Source: Crocinitomicaceae bacterium (GTDB taxonomy: Bacteria; Bacteroidota; Bacteroidia; Flavobacteriales_D; Crocinitomicaceae). From it: a DNA stretch of 47,417 nucleotides. Each line of letters begins with the position of its first letter. Position 1 is the stretch's first letter. Positions 1 to 9,875 of the stretch are shown here, piece by piece. Both the position numbers and the translations under genes were made by a program. Below the pieces are notes generated by a model. That model searched no databases, was not told where the DNA came from, and was given only the letters and a program-made list of their open reading frames with translations. The stretch spans positions 1-47,417 of the forward strand of contig JBILTD010000001.1 of assembly GCA_044371695.1 (NCBI GenBank), in the 5' to 3' direction.

Positions 1-2
1 TA

Positions 3-335
3 GAAATATTTGAAGAAGCCGGCATGGACCGCATTGGTGAAAAGCGCGATCAAATGACAGCATATCTTGAATTTCTGATCCATGAAATTTCGGTGCGTAA
101 CCAAGATAAATGTGAATTTGAAATCATTACACCGAGTTCACCTGCACAAAGAGGCGCACAGTTGTCTATTATGGCCAAAGGACAAGGCCGAAAGCTTTTT
201 GACAAGCTAACAGCACTAGGCGTCATTGCAGATTGGCGTGAGCCAAATGTGATTCGAATTGCACCCGCACCTTTATATAATTCTTATGAAGACTGTTGGC
301 GTTTTGCTCAGTATCTAGAGCAAGCCATTAGTTAG
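3..335 (+). CDS. kynU: kynureninase, C-terminal fragment (5' end lies outside the window)
   Basis: The frame is open from nt 3 (EIFEEAG precedes the tracked Met at 24). The tail LTALGVIADWREPNVIRIAPAPLYNSYEDCWRF matches the conserved kynureninase C-terminus. Confidence 0.8.
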   Translation, partial: EIFEEAGMDRIGEKRDQMTAYLEFLIHEISVRNQDKCEFEIITPSSPAQRGAQLSIMAKGQGRKLFDKLTALGVIADWREPNVIRIAPAPLYNSYEDCWRFAQYLEQAIS

Positions 336-891
336 AGCTCAGATAGATTTCTAAATCTTGCGCAAAATGAGTCAGTTCAAGAGCCCTAACACTGCTTTCA
401 ACTTGCTCAGAATTGGCGTTTTCTGGTAGTTTGACTGCGTGCTGAAAAAGCATCTTTCCTTTATCGAATTCTTCATTTACTAAATGAATACTAATTCCGC
501 TAAAGCTTTCTTGTGCTGCAGCTACTGCTTCGTGTACTTTTTTACCATACATCCCGGCCCCGCCATAATTAGGCAATAACGAAGGGTGAATATTGATGAT
601 GCGATCCGGATAAGCATTAAGCAGTTCAGATGGAATCTTTTTTAAGAAACCCGCTAAGATAACCCATTGTGCATTTTGTTTTAGGCAAAAATTCAGGTAG
701 GCAGAAAAGTCTTGACCTACCAAATTGACAAACGGAACTTGTTGCTCTTCACAAAATGAAGTCATTGCCTCATTCTCTTTACTAGAGATCACGCCGCACA
801 CTTTAATAGCCTCATTTCCATTAAAATAGCGTATGATTTCACGGGCATTGCTTCCGGCGCCAGAAATAAAAATGATAATTTGTGTTTGCAT
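328..891 (-). CDS. purN: phosphoribosylglycinamide formyltransferase
   Basis: Motifs IIIFISGAGSN and INIHPSLLPNYGG. The ATG at 891 (MQTQIIIF) fits the usual PurN N-terminus better than the tracked start at 927. The stop overlaps the kynU stop region by 8 nt (convergent). Confidence 0.9.
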   Translation of the reverse strand: MQTQIIIFISGAGSNAREIIRYFNGNEAIKVCGVISSKENEAMTSFCEEQQVPFVNLVGQDFSAYLNFCLKQNAQWVILAGFLKKIPSELLNAYPDRIINIHPSLLPNYGGAGMYGKKVHEAVAAAQESFSGISIHLVNEEFDKGKMLFQHAVKLPENANSEQVESSVRALELTHFAQDLEIYLSSN

Positions 892-1028
892 TTGTGCGAC
901 AAAGTTAAGCATAGTGACTGATTCCAAGCATTTGAGCCATGCAGTGTTGATAAATTAAATTCACATAAGTTTTGTTTATTGGGCGATAGTTTTTTTCTTT
1001 GCAAGCTGAAACCTTTAAATTTTTAAAA

Positions 1029-1262
1029 ATGTCTGACATCAAAGCTAAAGTTATCGCGATCATCGTAGATAAACTGAATGTTGAAGAAAGTGAAGTATCT
1101 AACGAAGCTAGCTTCACAAATGACTTGGGTGCTGATTCACTCGACACCGTTGAGTTAATCATGGAATTCGAGAAACAATTTAACATTTCTATTCCAGACG
1201 ATAAAGCAGAAGGTATCCAAACTGTTGGTGACGCTATTGCTTACATCGAGGCAAACGTGTAA
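1029..1262 (+). CDS. acpP: acyl carrier protein
   Basis: MSDIKAKV...[16 protein letters not shown] contains the phosphopantetheine Ser in the DSLD motif. The ATG at 1029 gives a 77-aa protein, which is the normal ACP length. Confidence 0.95.
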   Translation: MSDIKAKVIAIIVDKLNVEESEVSNEASFTNDLGADSLDTVELIMEFEKQFNISIPDDKAEGIQTVGDAIAYIEANV

Positions 1263-1287
1263 TCTTTCACGCTACTAATTCATAGGT

Positions 1288-2541
1288 ATGCAATTAAAAA
1301 GAGTTGTTGTAACGGGCCTAGGTGCGCTAACCCCAATAGGAAACACAGTACAAGAATACTGGGATGGCCTAATGGCAGGTAAGAGCGGAGCTGCACCCAT
1401 CAAACAATTTGATGCTTCTTTATTCAAGACGCAATTTGCATGTGAATTAAAAGACTTCAATGTGGAAGACCACATTGACCGTAAAGAAGCACGCAAGCTT
1501 GATCAATTTTCGCAGTATGCCATAGTTACCGCCACGGAAGCTATGGCAGATGCTGCCTTACTTGAATCAAATCCGAACCTCGATCGCATCGGCGTTATCT
1601 GGGGTTCAGGTGTAGGGGGTCTTAAAACTTTCCAAGAAGAAGCCAGAGAGTATTTTGGCGGAGACGGCACACCGCGTTTCAATCCTTTCTTTATTCCTAA
1701 AATGATTGCTGATATCGCAGCAGGTCACATTTCTATTAAATATGGTCTTCGCGGACCAAATTATGTATGTGTCTCTGCCTGTGCATCTGCAACCAACGCC
1801 ATTATTGATGCCTTTAACCTGATTCGTTTAGGTAAAGCCGATGCCATTGTTACTGGTGGTTCTGAGGCCGGCGTCAATGAAATGGGTATGGGTGGATTCA
1901 ATGCCTTAAAAGCATTATCTACTCGCAACGAATCTCCAGAAACAGCATCTCGTCCGTTTGATCTCGATCGCGACGGTTTTGTTCTCGGAGAGGGCTCTGG
2001 CTGCCTCATTCTTGAAGAATACGAGCATGCCATTAAAAGAGGCGCAAAAATTTATGCTGAAGTAATCGGTGGCGGAATGTCTGGTGATGCTTATCACATG
2101 ACGGCTCCACATCCCGATGGAATTGGCGCAAGAAATACCATGTTGGCTGCCTTAGAAGATGCTGAAATTGATCCGTCACAAGTAGACTACGTCAATGTTC
2201 ACGGAACTTCTACACCACTTGGCGATATCGCTGAAGTAAAAGCTATTCAAAGCGTATTCGGTGAACACGCTTACAAACTCAACATTAGCTCAACCAAATC
2301 AATGACTGGCCACCTTCTTGGTGCTGCCGGAGCTATTGAAGCTGTTGCTTGTGTGTTGTCTGTCAAAAATGATATCGTACCTCCTACAATCAATCATTTT
2401 ACCGACGATCCTGAGCTAGACTCCAAACTTAACTTTACCTTCCACAAAGCACAAGCTAGAACGGTAAATATTGCACTTTCCAACACTTTCGGTTTTGGGG
2501 GTCATAATACCACCATTATCGTCAAGAAATTCAACGCATAA
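1288..2541 (+). CDS. fabF: beta-ketoacyl-ACP synthase II
   Basis: Active-site CVSACASATNAI, plus HGTSTPLGD and GHLLGAAG. It lies immediately downstream of acpP. Confidence 0.95.
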   Translation: MQLKRVVVTGLGALTPIGNTVQEYWDGLMAGKSGAAPIKQFDASLFKTQFACELKDFNVEDHIDRKEARKLDQFSQYAIVTATEAMADAALLESNPNLDRIGVIWGSGVGGLKTFQEEAREYFGGDGTPRFNPFFIPKMIADIAAGHISIKYGLRGPNYVCVSACASATNAIIDAFNLIRLGKADAIVTGGSEAGVNEMGMGGFNALKALSTRNESPETASRPFDLDRDGFVLGEGSGCLILEEYEHAIKRGAKIYAEVIGGGMSGDAYHMTAPHPDGIGARNTMLAALEDAEIDPSQVDYVNVHGTSTPLGDIAEVKAIQSVFGEHAYKLNISSTKSMTGHLLGAAGAIEAVACVLSVKNDIVPPTINHFTDDPELDSKLNFTFHKAQARTVNIALSNTFGFGGHNTTIIVKKFNA

Positions 2542-2542
2542 T

Positions 2543-3262
2543 TTGCTGAAATTTCCTTTGTTTTCAAAGAAAAAAACTGCTGATGAACTGAAGCTCATTC
2601 GTTTTGTCATGCAAAACTTTGGCTATAAACCAGTTCAAATTCAGCACTTTAAACAAGCGCTTACTCACAAAAGCATCCTGTCGGAAGAAGCATTGCTGCA
2701 AGCGAATGAACGGCTAGAATTCTTAGGGGACGCCATCCTTGATGCTATAGTCGCCTCTTATATTTTTGAAAAATATCCAGATGCTGACGAAGGGAAGCTT
2801 ACTAAAATCAAGGCAAAAATTGTCAATCGCAAAACGCTGTCCGGCATCGGAGAGCGCATGGGTATTCGCCAACACCTCATTTATAATCAAAGTAGGAGTA
2901 TAAATTTGGCAGGCCTTGAGGGCAATGCGCTAGAAGCCTTGGTAGGCGCTATTTATTTAGATGCAGGTTACGATAAAACAAAACAGGTAATCTGCAATAA
3001 TGTCCTTAGAAAGTACCTGAATTTGGCCCAACTTCTTGATGAAGAAATAGATTTTAAATCAGCTTTGTTTATTTGGTGTCAGCGTAAAAAGTTGAGCATA
3101 GAATTTAAATTGCTAGACGAGCAATTTATCGATGGCAAATGGCATTACGAGATGGAGGTTCAGATTAATAGAACGTCCTATGGCAGAGGAAAAGGCCTCT
3201 CAAAAAAGGAAGCAGAGCAGGCGGCTTCAAAAGAAACCCTTGCCTTAATGGGAGAAATTTAA
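2543..3262 (+). CDS. rnc: ribonuclease III
   Basis: ERLEFLGDAILD signature and a C-terminal dsRBD (GKGLSKKEAEQAASKETL). The tracked start at 2471 overlaps fabF. An in-frame TTG at 2543, 1 nt after the fabF stop, keeps the conserved FSKKK...GYKP N-terminal region. An ATG at 2609 is the alternative. Confidence 0.85.
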   Translation: MLKFPLFSKKKTADELKLIRFVMQNFGYKPVQIQHFKQALTHKSILSEEALLQANERLEFLGDAILDAIVASYIFEKYPDADEGKLTKIKAKIVNRKTLSGIGERMGIRQHLIYNQSRSINLAGLEGNALEALVGAIYLDAGYDKTKQVICNNVLRKYLNLAQLLDEEIDFKSALFIWCQRKKLSIEFKLLDEQFIDGKWHYEMEVQINRTSYGRGKGLSKKEAEQAASKETLALMGEI

Positions 3263-3291
3263 TTCCGCATTACAATTTCTAAAATTTGTAG

Positions 3292-3299
3292 TACATTTG
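3292..3299 (+). promoter_or_regulatory. candidate Bacteroidota -7 promoter box (TACATTTG)
   Basis: Exact TAnnTTTG match 20 nt upstream of the ATG at 3320. No convincing -33 TTG was seen. Confidence 0.35.
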
Positions 3300-3319
3300 T
3301 TGCACTAAAGCAGATAACA

Positions 3320-3547
3320 ATGACTTGGACAGACTTCGTTTATAAAATTGGTGACGCATTTCAATGGTCTTTTGGTTTCTTTGAATTCGTCAAAAACTAT
3401 TTCAACAACATCTTAATCGTATTAGGATTTTTTGGCTTCTATTTCTGGATGCGCACACAAAAACGCCTTAGCGACAAATCAAATGTGCCAGTTGAAATCA
3501 AAGACAACCAAGGTTGGTATAAAAATGAAGGTCAACAGCTGAAATAA
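3320..3547 (+). CDS. small membrane protein (one TM helix; resembles the small DUF6341-type proteins of Flavobacteriia)
   Basis: 75-aa ORF with the hydrophobic segment ILIVLGFFGFYFWM. It is preceded by a -7 box and followed by a strong terminator. The family assignment is a recollection only. Confidence 0.5.
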   Translation: MTWTDFVYKIGDAFQWSFGFFEFVKNYFNNILIVLGFFGFYFWMRTQKRLSDKSNVPVEIKDNQGWYKNEGQQLK

Positions 3548-3562
3548 GCTATTATAAAGCAT

Positions 3563-3596
3563 AAAAAAAGGGCGGTTATTTAACCGCCCTTTTTTA
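3563..3596. terminator. bidirectional intrinsic terminator between the convergent small ORF and sdhB
   Basis: aaaaaaa-GGGCGGTT-attt-AACCGCCC-tttttt: a perfect 8-bp GC-rich stem (3570-3577 / 3582-3589) flanked by an A-run and a T-run. Confidence 0.85.
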
Positions 3597-3610
3597 TTTC
3601 ATTGATATTT

Positions 3611-4378
3611 CTATTTTTCTGATGTCAAGGAAGACACAAGGTATTCGCGATTCATGCGCGCTATGTTTTCAAGTGAAATACCTTTAGGGCATTCTACTTC
3701 ACATGCCCCCGTGTTGGTACAGTTTCCAAAACCTTCTTCGTCCATTTGGCGAACCATATTGAGCACGCGATCTTTGGCTTCAACTTTACCTTGTGGTAAC
3801 AAAGCATACTGAGAAACTTTAGCCCCTACAAATAGCATTGCAGATCCATTTTTACAAGTAGCTACACAAGCTCCACAACCAATACAAGCAGCTGCTTCAA
3901 ATGCTTTATCTGCATCAGCTTTTGGAATTGGAATGGCATTTGCATCCATGGTGCGTCCTGATGTATTGACAGAAACAAAGCCACCAGCTTGTTGAATGCG
4001 ATCAAATGCTGAGCGGTCTACTACCAAATCTTTGATAATAGGGAAAGCTCTTGATCTCCACGGCTCGACATAAATGGTATCTCCGTCTTTGAAACTACGC
4101 ATGTGCAACTGACAAGTTGTTGTTCCGGTTTCTGGACCATGCGCTCTTCCGTTGATATACAAAGAACACATTCCGCAGATACCTTCGCGACAATCGTGGT
4201 CAAAAGCAATAGGTTCTTTTTGTTCGTTGATCAATTGCTCGTTCAATTGGTCGAGCATTTCTAGAAACGAACTATCTGTAGACACTTGGTTAAGGCTATA
4301 GGTTTCTAGACCACCTTTAGCATTGGTGTTTTTTTGTCTCCAGATTTTGAGGGTAATATTGATATACTTTGAAGCCAT
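3611..4378 (-). CDS. sdhB: succinate dehydrogenase/fumarate reductase iron-sulfur subunit
   Basis: Cys clusters [20 protein letters not shown] and [12 protein letters not shown]. The ATG at 4378 ([13 protein letters not shown]) lies 7 nt after the sdhA stop. The tracked start at 4423 overlaps sdhA. Confidence 0.9.
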   Translation of the reverse strand: MASKYINITLKIWRQKNTNAKGGLETYSLNQVSTDSSFLEMLDQLNEQLINEQKEPIAFDHDCREGICGMCSLYINGRAHGPETGTTTCQLHMRSFKDGDTIYVEPWRSRAFPIIKDLVVDRSAFDRIQQAGGFVSVNTSGRTMDANAIPIPKADADKAFEAAACIGCGACVATCKNGSAMLFVGAKVSQYALLPQGKVEAKDRVLNMVRQMDEEGFGNCTNTGACEVECPKGISLENIARMNREYLVSSLTSEK

Positions 4379-4385
4379 ACTATTC

Positions 4386-6398
4386 TTATTTATAGTTGCG
4401 CGCAGCAATTTTGATGAATTCATAATTCAAAGCCTCCTTGTTCAGGTTTGCTTTGGTTGCATCTCCTCCTTGGTATTCCCAAGCAGCTACATATTTGAAG
4501 TTTTCGTCGTCGCGGAGTGTTTCTCCTTCGCTGTCTTGGTATTCTTCGCGGAAGTGACCCCCACAAGATTCAAGACGATGCAAAGCATCTACTGCCATGA
4601 GTTGTCCGAGCTCAATAAAGTCAGCTACACGCATTGCTTTGTCGAGTTCAGGGTTCATTTCGTTGGCTGCGCCAGGAACAAATACATCGTTGTAGAACTC
4701 TTCTTTTAAAGCAGCAATTTCTTCAATAGCTTGTTTCAAACCAGCTTCGTTGCGTGCCATACCAACTTTATTCCACATGATTAAGCCTAAACGCTTGTGG
4801 AAGTGGTCAACCGATTTTGTTCCTTTATTGTTGAGGAAGCGGTCAATACTTGCTTTTACTTCCGCCTCAGCAGTTTCGAATTCTGGTGTATCAGTTGCGA
4901 TTTTTCCAGTTCGGATGTCATTAGCAAGGTAGTCTGAAATGGTGTAAGGCAATACGAAATAACCATCAGCTAAACCTTGCATAAGTGCAGAAGCACCTAA
5001 ACGGTTAGCTCCGTGGTCAGAGAAGTTAGCTTCACCAGTTACAAAACATCCTTCAATAGAACTTTGAAGGTTGTAATCTACCCAAACACCACCCATAGTG
5101 TAGTGGACAGCAGGGTAAATTTTCATTGGTGTTTCGTATGGGTTGTCGTCGGTAATTTTTTGGTACATCTGAAAGAGGTTACCATATTTCTCTTCGATCC
5201 ATTTTTTACCGAGTGCTAAGATTTTTTCGTCTGAAGGATTGTGATCACCTTGTGCAAAAGCTGACTGACGGCCTTTGTTGCGTATTTCAGTAGCAAAATC
5301 GAGGTAAACACCTTCGTTGGTATCGTTAGCTTCAATTCCGAAACCTGCATCACAACGCTCTTTTGCAGCACGTGAAGCGACGTCACGCGGCACTAAGTTT
5401 CCGAATGCTGGGTAGCGTCTTTCGAGGAAGTAATCGCGGTCTTCTTCAGCAATTTGCGTTGGTTTTAAACGACCTTCTCGAATGGCTTCTGCGTCTTCTT
5501 TTTTCTTTGGCACCCAAATACGACCTGAGTTTCTTAGAGACTCAGACATGAGTGTCAATTTAGATTGGTTGGTGCCGTGTACCGGAATACAAGTCGGGTG
5601 AATTTGTACAAAACAAGGGTTTGCGAAGTGCGCTCCTTTTTTGTGTACTTTCCAAGCAGCTGAAACGTTGCTTCCCATTGCGTTGGTTGATAAGAAATAA
5701 ACGTTTCCGTAACCACCACTGGCAAGAACTACGGCATGTGCAGAATGGCGCTCTAACTCTCCAGTAACTAAGTTTCTAGCGATGATTCCACGTGCTTTGC
5801 CGTCAACTTTAACGAGGTCCATCATTTCGTGGCGGTGGTACATTTTTACACGACCAAGACCAATTTGACGAGAAAGTGCAGAGTAAGCACCAAGTAATAA
5901 TTGTTGACCAGTTTGCCCAGCAGCATAGAAAGTACGTTGTACTTGTGTACCACCAAATGAGCGGTTGTCAAGTAGACCTCCGTATTCACGAGCAAAAGGA
6001 ACACCCTGAGCAACACATTGGTCAATGATGTTGCCAGAAACTTCTGCTAAACGGTAAACGTTTGCCTCACGAGCGCGGTAGTCACCACCTTTGATAGTAT
6101 CATAAAACAAACGATAGACAGAGTCACCGTCGTTTTGGTAGTTTTTTGCGGCGTTGATCCCTCCTTGTGCAGCAATAGAGTGCGCACGTCTTGGAGAATC
6201 TTGGAAGCAAAAGGCCTTCACGTTGTAGCCCATTTCACCAAGAGAAGCTGCGGCAGATGCACCAGCTAAGCCCGTTCCAACAACAATGATGTCGATTTTT
6301 GGGCGGTTGTTTGGTGCAACCAACTTCATGTGGTTTTTATGATTGGTCCATTTCTCTGAGATTGGACCTTCCGGAATGCGCGAATTTAATGTTGACAT
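4386..6398 (-). CDS. sdhA: succinate dehydrogenase/fumarate reductase flavoprotein subunit
   Basis: FAD fold [12 protein letters not shown] and covalent-FAD His context [14 protein letters not shown]. At 670 aa it is the Bacteroidota-type long SdhA. Confidence 0.95.
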   Translation of the reverse strand: MSTLNSRIPEGPISEKWTNHKNHMKLVAPNNRPKIDIIVVGTGLAGASAAASLGEMGYNVKAFCFQDSPRRAHSIAAQGGINAAKNYQNDGDSVYRLFYDTIKGGDYRAREANVYRLAEVSGNIIDQCVAQGVPFAREYGGLLDNRSFGGTQVQRTFYAAGQTGQQLLLGAYSALSRQIGLGRVKMYHRHEMMDLVKVDGKARGIIARNLVTGELERHSAHAVVLASGGYGNVYFLSTNAMGSNVSAAWKVHKKGAHFANPCFVQIHPTCIPVHGTNQSKLTLMSESLRNSGRIWVPKKKEDAEAIREGRLKPTQIAEEDRDYFLERRYPAFGNLVPRDVASRAAKERCDAGFGIEANDTNEGVYLDFATEIRNKGRQSAFAQGDHNPSDEKILALGKKWIEEKYGNLFQMYQKITDDNPYETPMKIYPAVHYTMGGVWVDYNLQSSIEGCFVTGEANFSDHGANRLGASALMQGLADGYFVLPYTISDYLANDIRTGKIATDTPEFETAEAEVKASIDRFLNNKGTKSVDHFHKRLGLIMWNKVGMARNEAGLKQAIEEIAALKEEFYNDVFVPGAANEMNPELDKAMRVADFIELGQLMAVDALHRLESCGGHFREEYQDSEGETLRDDENFKYVAAWEYQGGDATKANLNKEALNYEFIKIAARNYK

Positions 6399-6408
6399 AG
6401 CCTAATTC

Positions 6409-7263
6409 CTAGTGATTCATGAAAATAATAACAGGGATAATTGCAAACAATAGTGGTACTAATATTGCAAATGCCGCCCCCAGTTTTTTGATGAGCGGAG
6501 TATATTTGGGATGATTAAATCCTAAAGATTGGAAAGCACTTTGAAAACCGTGTAGTAAGTGATAAGCCAAAACGATCATGGAAATCACGTAGAACAATAC
6601 GGCAAAAAGCGCACCTTCATTTTTACTTTTACTAAAGAAGTCCATCACCAAAGTATGTAAATCGCGGTATCCTTCAGCTACTTTTACATTGGTTCCTTTG
6701 ATGTAAAGGTCTGTTCCTTTTTCGATGATGTTATTTGGGTCTTTTGGAATCGGTTGAACACCAGGAACATGTGTGTAGTACAATTCTGTATTAGCCGCAC
6801 CCATCATTTGATTTTTCATTTCAAGTGTGTAGGTGTGTAATGGCACGTCTTCTTTAACCTTCATTTTCCACCAGAAATTAGCCATGTGTGTAGCAAGGAA
6901 AACAAGAATTAAGGTTCCAAGAATGGCCATGCTACGACTTGCTGAACTTGAATTTGCACCTGGCTTGCTGTAGGCATAACGCACTGGACGCGCCTTGCGG
7001 TTTTGGATTGTTAGTAAAACACCATCAATAACGTGAATGAGCACAGCGGCGTAGGTCACGTAAGATAGAATCTTGATAAAAGGATTGTGGCCCATGAAGT
7101 AGGCATACTCATTGAAAGCACGGCGGCCTTCTTCTCCTGTCTTGAGGATGAGTTGTAAATTTCCGAGCAAGTGTCCGATTAGGAAGGTGCAAAGGAATAA
7201 ACCGGTAAGTGCCATGAACACTTTCTTGCCGATTGAAGATTTAAAGAATGCAGAGTTACTCAT
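6409..7263 (-). CDS. sdhC: succinate dehydrogenase cytochrome b subunit (b558 family), unusually long
   Basis: Five predicted TM helices with conserved His residues (LIGHLLGN, LIHVIDG, ATHMANFWW, AYHLLHGF). It is the first gene of sdhCAB. Confidence 0.85.
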   Translation of the reverse strand: MSNSAFFKSSIGKKVFMALTGLFLCTFLIGHLLGNLQLILKTGEEGRRAFNEYAYFMGHNPFIKILSYVTYAAVLIHVIDGVLLTIQNRKARPVRYAYSKPGANSSSASRSMAILGTLILVFLATHMANFWWKMKVKEDVPLHTYTLEMKNQMMGAANTELYYTHVPGVQPIPKDPNNIIEKGTDLYIKGTNVKVAEGYRDLHTLVMDFFSKSKNEGALFAVLFYVISMIVLAYHLLHGFQSAFQSLGFNHPKYTPLIKKLGAAFAILVPLLFAIIPVIIFMNH

Positions 7264-7287
7264 ATGGATCTTTCATTTGAAGTGTTG

Positions 7288-7295
7288 CAAATTTA
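7288..7295 (-). promoter_or_regulatory. candidate -7 promoter box for sdhCAB (TAAATTTG on the minus strand)
   Basis: Exact TAnnTTTG match 24 nt upstream of the sdhC ATG (7263), in the 96-nt ldcA-sdhC spacer. Confidence 0.45.
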
Positions 7296-7359
7296 AGTTA
7301 AGAACACCTAATTAAAGCATTTGTTGACTAGATATTATAGCTCATAAAGCTATTTAGAA

Positions 7360-8262
7360 TCATTTTAGATAGCTTAACTGGACTTGTTCATTTTTCACGT
7401 CTAGCACAACTTGCGCACCTAAAACCAATGCGCGATTGTCTGAGATGTGCCCAGCGGGAAAATCAAAGCAAATCGGAATTTTTCGGTATTGAAAGTGTTC
7501 GAGAATGAGTGCTTCAATCCCCATCCCAAAAGGAACATCGGTGTCTTCGAGTTCTGTCATGCCACCAACGATAAGCCCCTGAATTTTTTCAAGCGCCCCA
7601 GTTTTACGCAAGGCATGTAGCATGCGGTCAATATGATAAAGATGTTCGGCAAGGTCTTCTATAAATAAAATGCTTTCGGAAAAGTCATAGCGTTCGGGTG
7701 TAGCTAACATGCTAAATACGATGCTTAAATTTCCACCGACAAGCATTCCTTGAGCTTTCCCGGTCTTATTAAATGGGGATACAGGGAGATTAAAAGCGGT
7801 TCTATTTCCAAAAAGCAAAGCACTTAATGTTGTTTTAGCCGCTGGGCTATTTTTTTCAAGATTGAGTGCCATGGTGCCATGAATACTCTGAAAGCCAAGA
7901 CTTTGTATTTTGTGATGCAGCACACAAATATCAGAAAAACCGATGAGCCATTTTGGTTCACGAATAAACTGGGCCCATTGTAAACCATCAAGTAGTTGGA
8001 CTGAGCCATAACCACCACGCACACACCAAATGGCCTTAGCTTCCGGATGGTCGAGCCCTGCTTGTAGATCGGCAAGTCTTTCTAAAATACTGCCTGAAAA
8101 ATAATGATGTCGGCCTCCGATGTGCTGACCTCTCTCAGACTTTAAACCAACAGAATGCAACCAATCTTCAGCCGCCTTAATGTAAACTTCTTCAGTAGCT
8201 TTCGCTGGTGCGCATAAATAAACGAGGTCACCGGGCTGCAGATTTGGTGGGCTTTGCAACAT
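7360..8262 (-). CDS. ldcA: LD-carboxypeptidase (peptidase S66, muramoyltetrapeptide carboxypeptidase-like)
   Basis: Nucleophile context LIGFSDICVLH and His context FDFPAGHISDN, at a typical 300-aa length. Confidence 0.8.
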   Translation of the reverse strand: MLQSPPNLQPGDLVYLCAPAKATEEVYIKAAEDWLHSVGLKSERGQHIGGRHHYFSGSILERLADLQAGLDHPEAKAIWCVRGGYGSVQLLDGLQWAQFIREPKWLIGFSDICVLHHKIQSLGFQSIHGTMALNLEKNSPAAKTTLSALLFGNRTAFNLPVSPFNKTGKAQGMLVGGNLSIVFSMLATPERYDFSESILFIEDLAEHLYHIDRMLHALRKTGALEKIQGLIVGGMTELEDTDVPFGMGIEALILEHFQYRKIPICFDFPAGHISDNRALVLGAQVVLDVKNEQVQLSYLK

Positions 8263-8264
8263 GT

Positions 8265-8933
8265 TTAAGTCAATAGATTATTCAAGAGTTTGAGATCAAA
8301 TGTGCTCGTAATTTTTATATTTTCTTCATTACTTAGGACCAAAATTGGTTGAATACCAATTGCTTCGGTTACACTGGCATCGTCTGTAAATGTATTTTGA
8401 TAGTCTTGTTCGTAGGCCTTTTTTAGCACTTCCGTTTTGAAGCATTGTGGGGTGTGCACAAGAAAGAACTCAGCTCTGTTAACCGTCTCAGAATTTTGAA
8501 AAGTTCCTTTTCGAATGCTGTCTTTTGCTGGCAAAACCGGAACAACTGCTTGCGCACTAGAAAGTGCCAGAAAACACCTTTCAATCGTTTCCAAACTAAC
8601 AAGTGGACGAACACCATCATGAACAGCAATTTCTTCTCCTTCGCAATGTGCCAAGGCATTTTTTATTGAATGGAAACGCTCTTTACCGCCATCGATGAGC
8701 TGGTGAGGAATTTGAATATTAAATTGACCCAACAGTTCATTCCAATAGCTAAACCAAGATTCAGGTAAGGTGATGAATATTTGGGCCGTTGGATCGAATT
8801 GATAAAAACGCTCAAGGGTATGCATTAAAACAGGTTTTCCCTGAAGCAATAAAAATTGCTTTGGGATGTCAGTTTGCATGCGCTTGCCCAAACCTCCTGC
8901 CGTAATGATGATGGATCGTTTCACTAAAGCCAA
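8265..8933 (-). CDS. ispD: 2-C-methyl-D-erythritol 4-phosphate cytidylyltransferase
   Basis: N-terminal IIITAGGLGKRM...PKQFL and VHDGVRP motifs. Confidence 0.9.
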   Translation of the reverse strand: MALVKRSIIITAGGLGKRMQTDIPKQFLLLQGKPVLMHTLERFYQFDPTAQIFITLPESWFSYWNELLGQFNIQIPHQLIDGGKERFHSIKNALAHCEGEEIAVHDGVRPLVSLETIERCFLALSSAQAVVPVLPAKDSIRKGTFQNSETVNRAEFFLVHTPQCFKTEVLKKAYEQDYQNTFTDDASVTEAIGIQPILVLSNEENIKITSTFDLKLLNNLLT

Positions 8934-8946
8934 AGATAAGTAAACT

Positions 8947-9870
8947 TTAGTTGTGGAATTTGACCGGGAGTATCTTTAGTCGGCCTGGTAAAAGTAAAAT
9001 TTCAAAGGTGTGTCCACCGATATATTCTCCGTCGGTTTCAGCGTGTAAAAATTCAGCTGCTGACTTCACCTGTATAGGAAAGCTCACCGCTAAGTAATGT
9101 GCCTCTGGATGTTTGATCTGAAAACCTCTTTTCACCTTCATGACATTTTTCAAGTAGTCAAATAACGAGACTTTACCGAGCAACGTAAGCTTCAACTGCC
9201 CGTCATTGATGCGTGCTCCGGGATGGATATACAAGCCGTCTCCAAAAATATTTCCGTTACAAAAAGCGGCTAATAAGAGCTCGCCTTCGTATTGAAAATG
9301 AGCACTATGAATCTGAACTTGGGGTCTTTTGTATTGCAAAAAGGTTTTGATGATGGCAAGTCCATAAGAAAAGTTGGGCCCAAAACGCTTTCTAAAATTC
9401 TGAAGTTGTAAAACAACGGCCCCTCCAAAACCGATATCGGTGATGTTGGCGAAATAACGTGTTTGCGCCTCAGTTTTGAGGATGCCTAAATCAATGTTTT
9501 CGAATTGACCTGAAGCAATTGCTTCAAAGAAATCATATTTTTTTGGAAAGCCCGCCGATCGATAAAAATCATTGCCCGTTCCGTTAGGCAGTACACCAAC
9601 AATTGGAGAAAATTTTGGGTCAGGATGCGTGCAGACGCTATTTACAATGATGTTAAAAGTGCCGTCACCACCAACGCAAATGAGATGAGTGCACTGCTCA
9701 TTTAATTGATGAATAAAACTTCTGGCTGCCTCAGGATCAGAGCTGTTGTAACATTGAAAAGCAGCTCCGAAGTGCGTTTGTAATGCAGCAATAAAAGCTT
9801 GATTTTCCCGAAGAATTTTTTTATTTCCGTTGGTAATGCAGTAGATAAGAGGCATTCGGAAAGGTAGCAA
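8947..9870 (-). CDS. diacylglycerol kinase-family lipid kinase (YegS/BmrU-like)
   Basis: CVGGDGTFN and LPNGTGNDF motifs of the DAGK catalytic domain. Confidence 0.8.
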   Translation of the reverse strand: MLPFRMPLIYCITNGNKKILRENQAFIAALQTHFGAAFQCYNSSDPEAARSFIHQLNEQCTHLICVGGDGTFNIIVNSVCTHPDPKFSPIVGVLPNGTGNDFYRSAGFPKKYDFFEAIASGQFENIDLGILKTEAQTRYFANITDIGFGGAVVLQLQNFRKRFGPNFSYGLAIIKTFLQYKRPQVQIHSAHFQYEGELLLAAFCNGNIFGDGLYIHPGARINDGQLKLTLLGKVSLFDYLKNVMKVKRGFQIKHPEAHYLAVSFPIQVKSAAEFLHAETDGEYIGGHTFEILLLPGRLKILPVKFHN

Positions 9871-9875
9871 AAAAT

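Noticed and set aside
2471-2542. Long N-terminal extensions in the ORF track (rnc 2471, sdhB 4423, tlpA 27703, lipoprotein 32904, hemD 37243, lepA 21001, TonB-like 43412)
   Set aside because: Each extension overlaps the upstream gene or a promoter box and removes an otherwise canonical N-terminus, signal peptide or lipobox. The downstream starts listed in the features are preferred.
4323-4709. 128-aa ORF antisense to the sdhB/sdhA junction
   Set aside because: It lies entirely within two well-supported genes on the opposite strand. Its sequence is low-complexity and hydrophobic with no recognisable motifs, which is typical of antisense frames.
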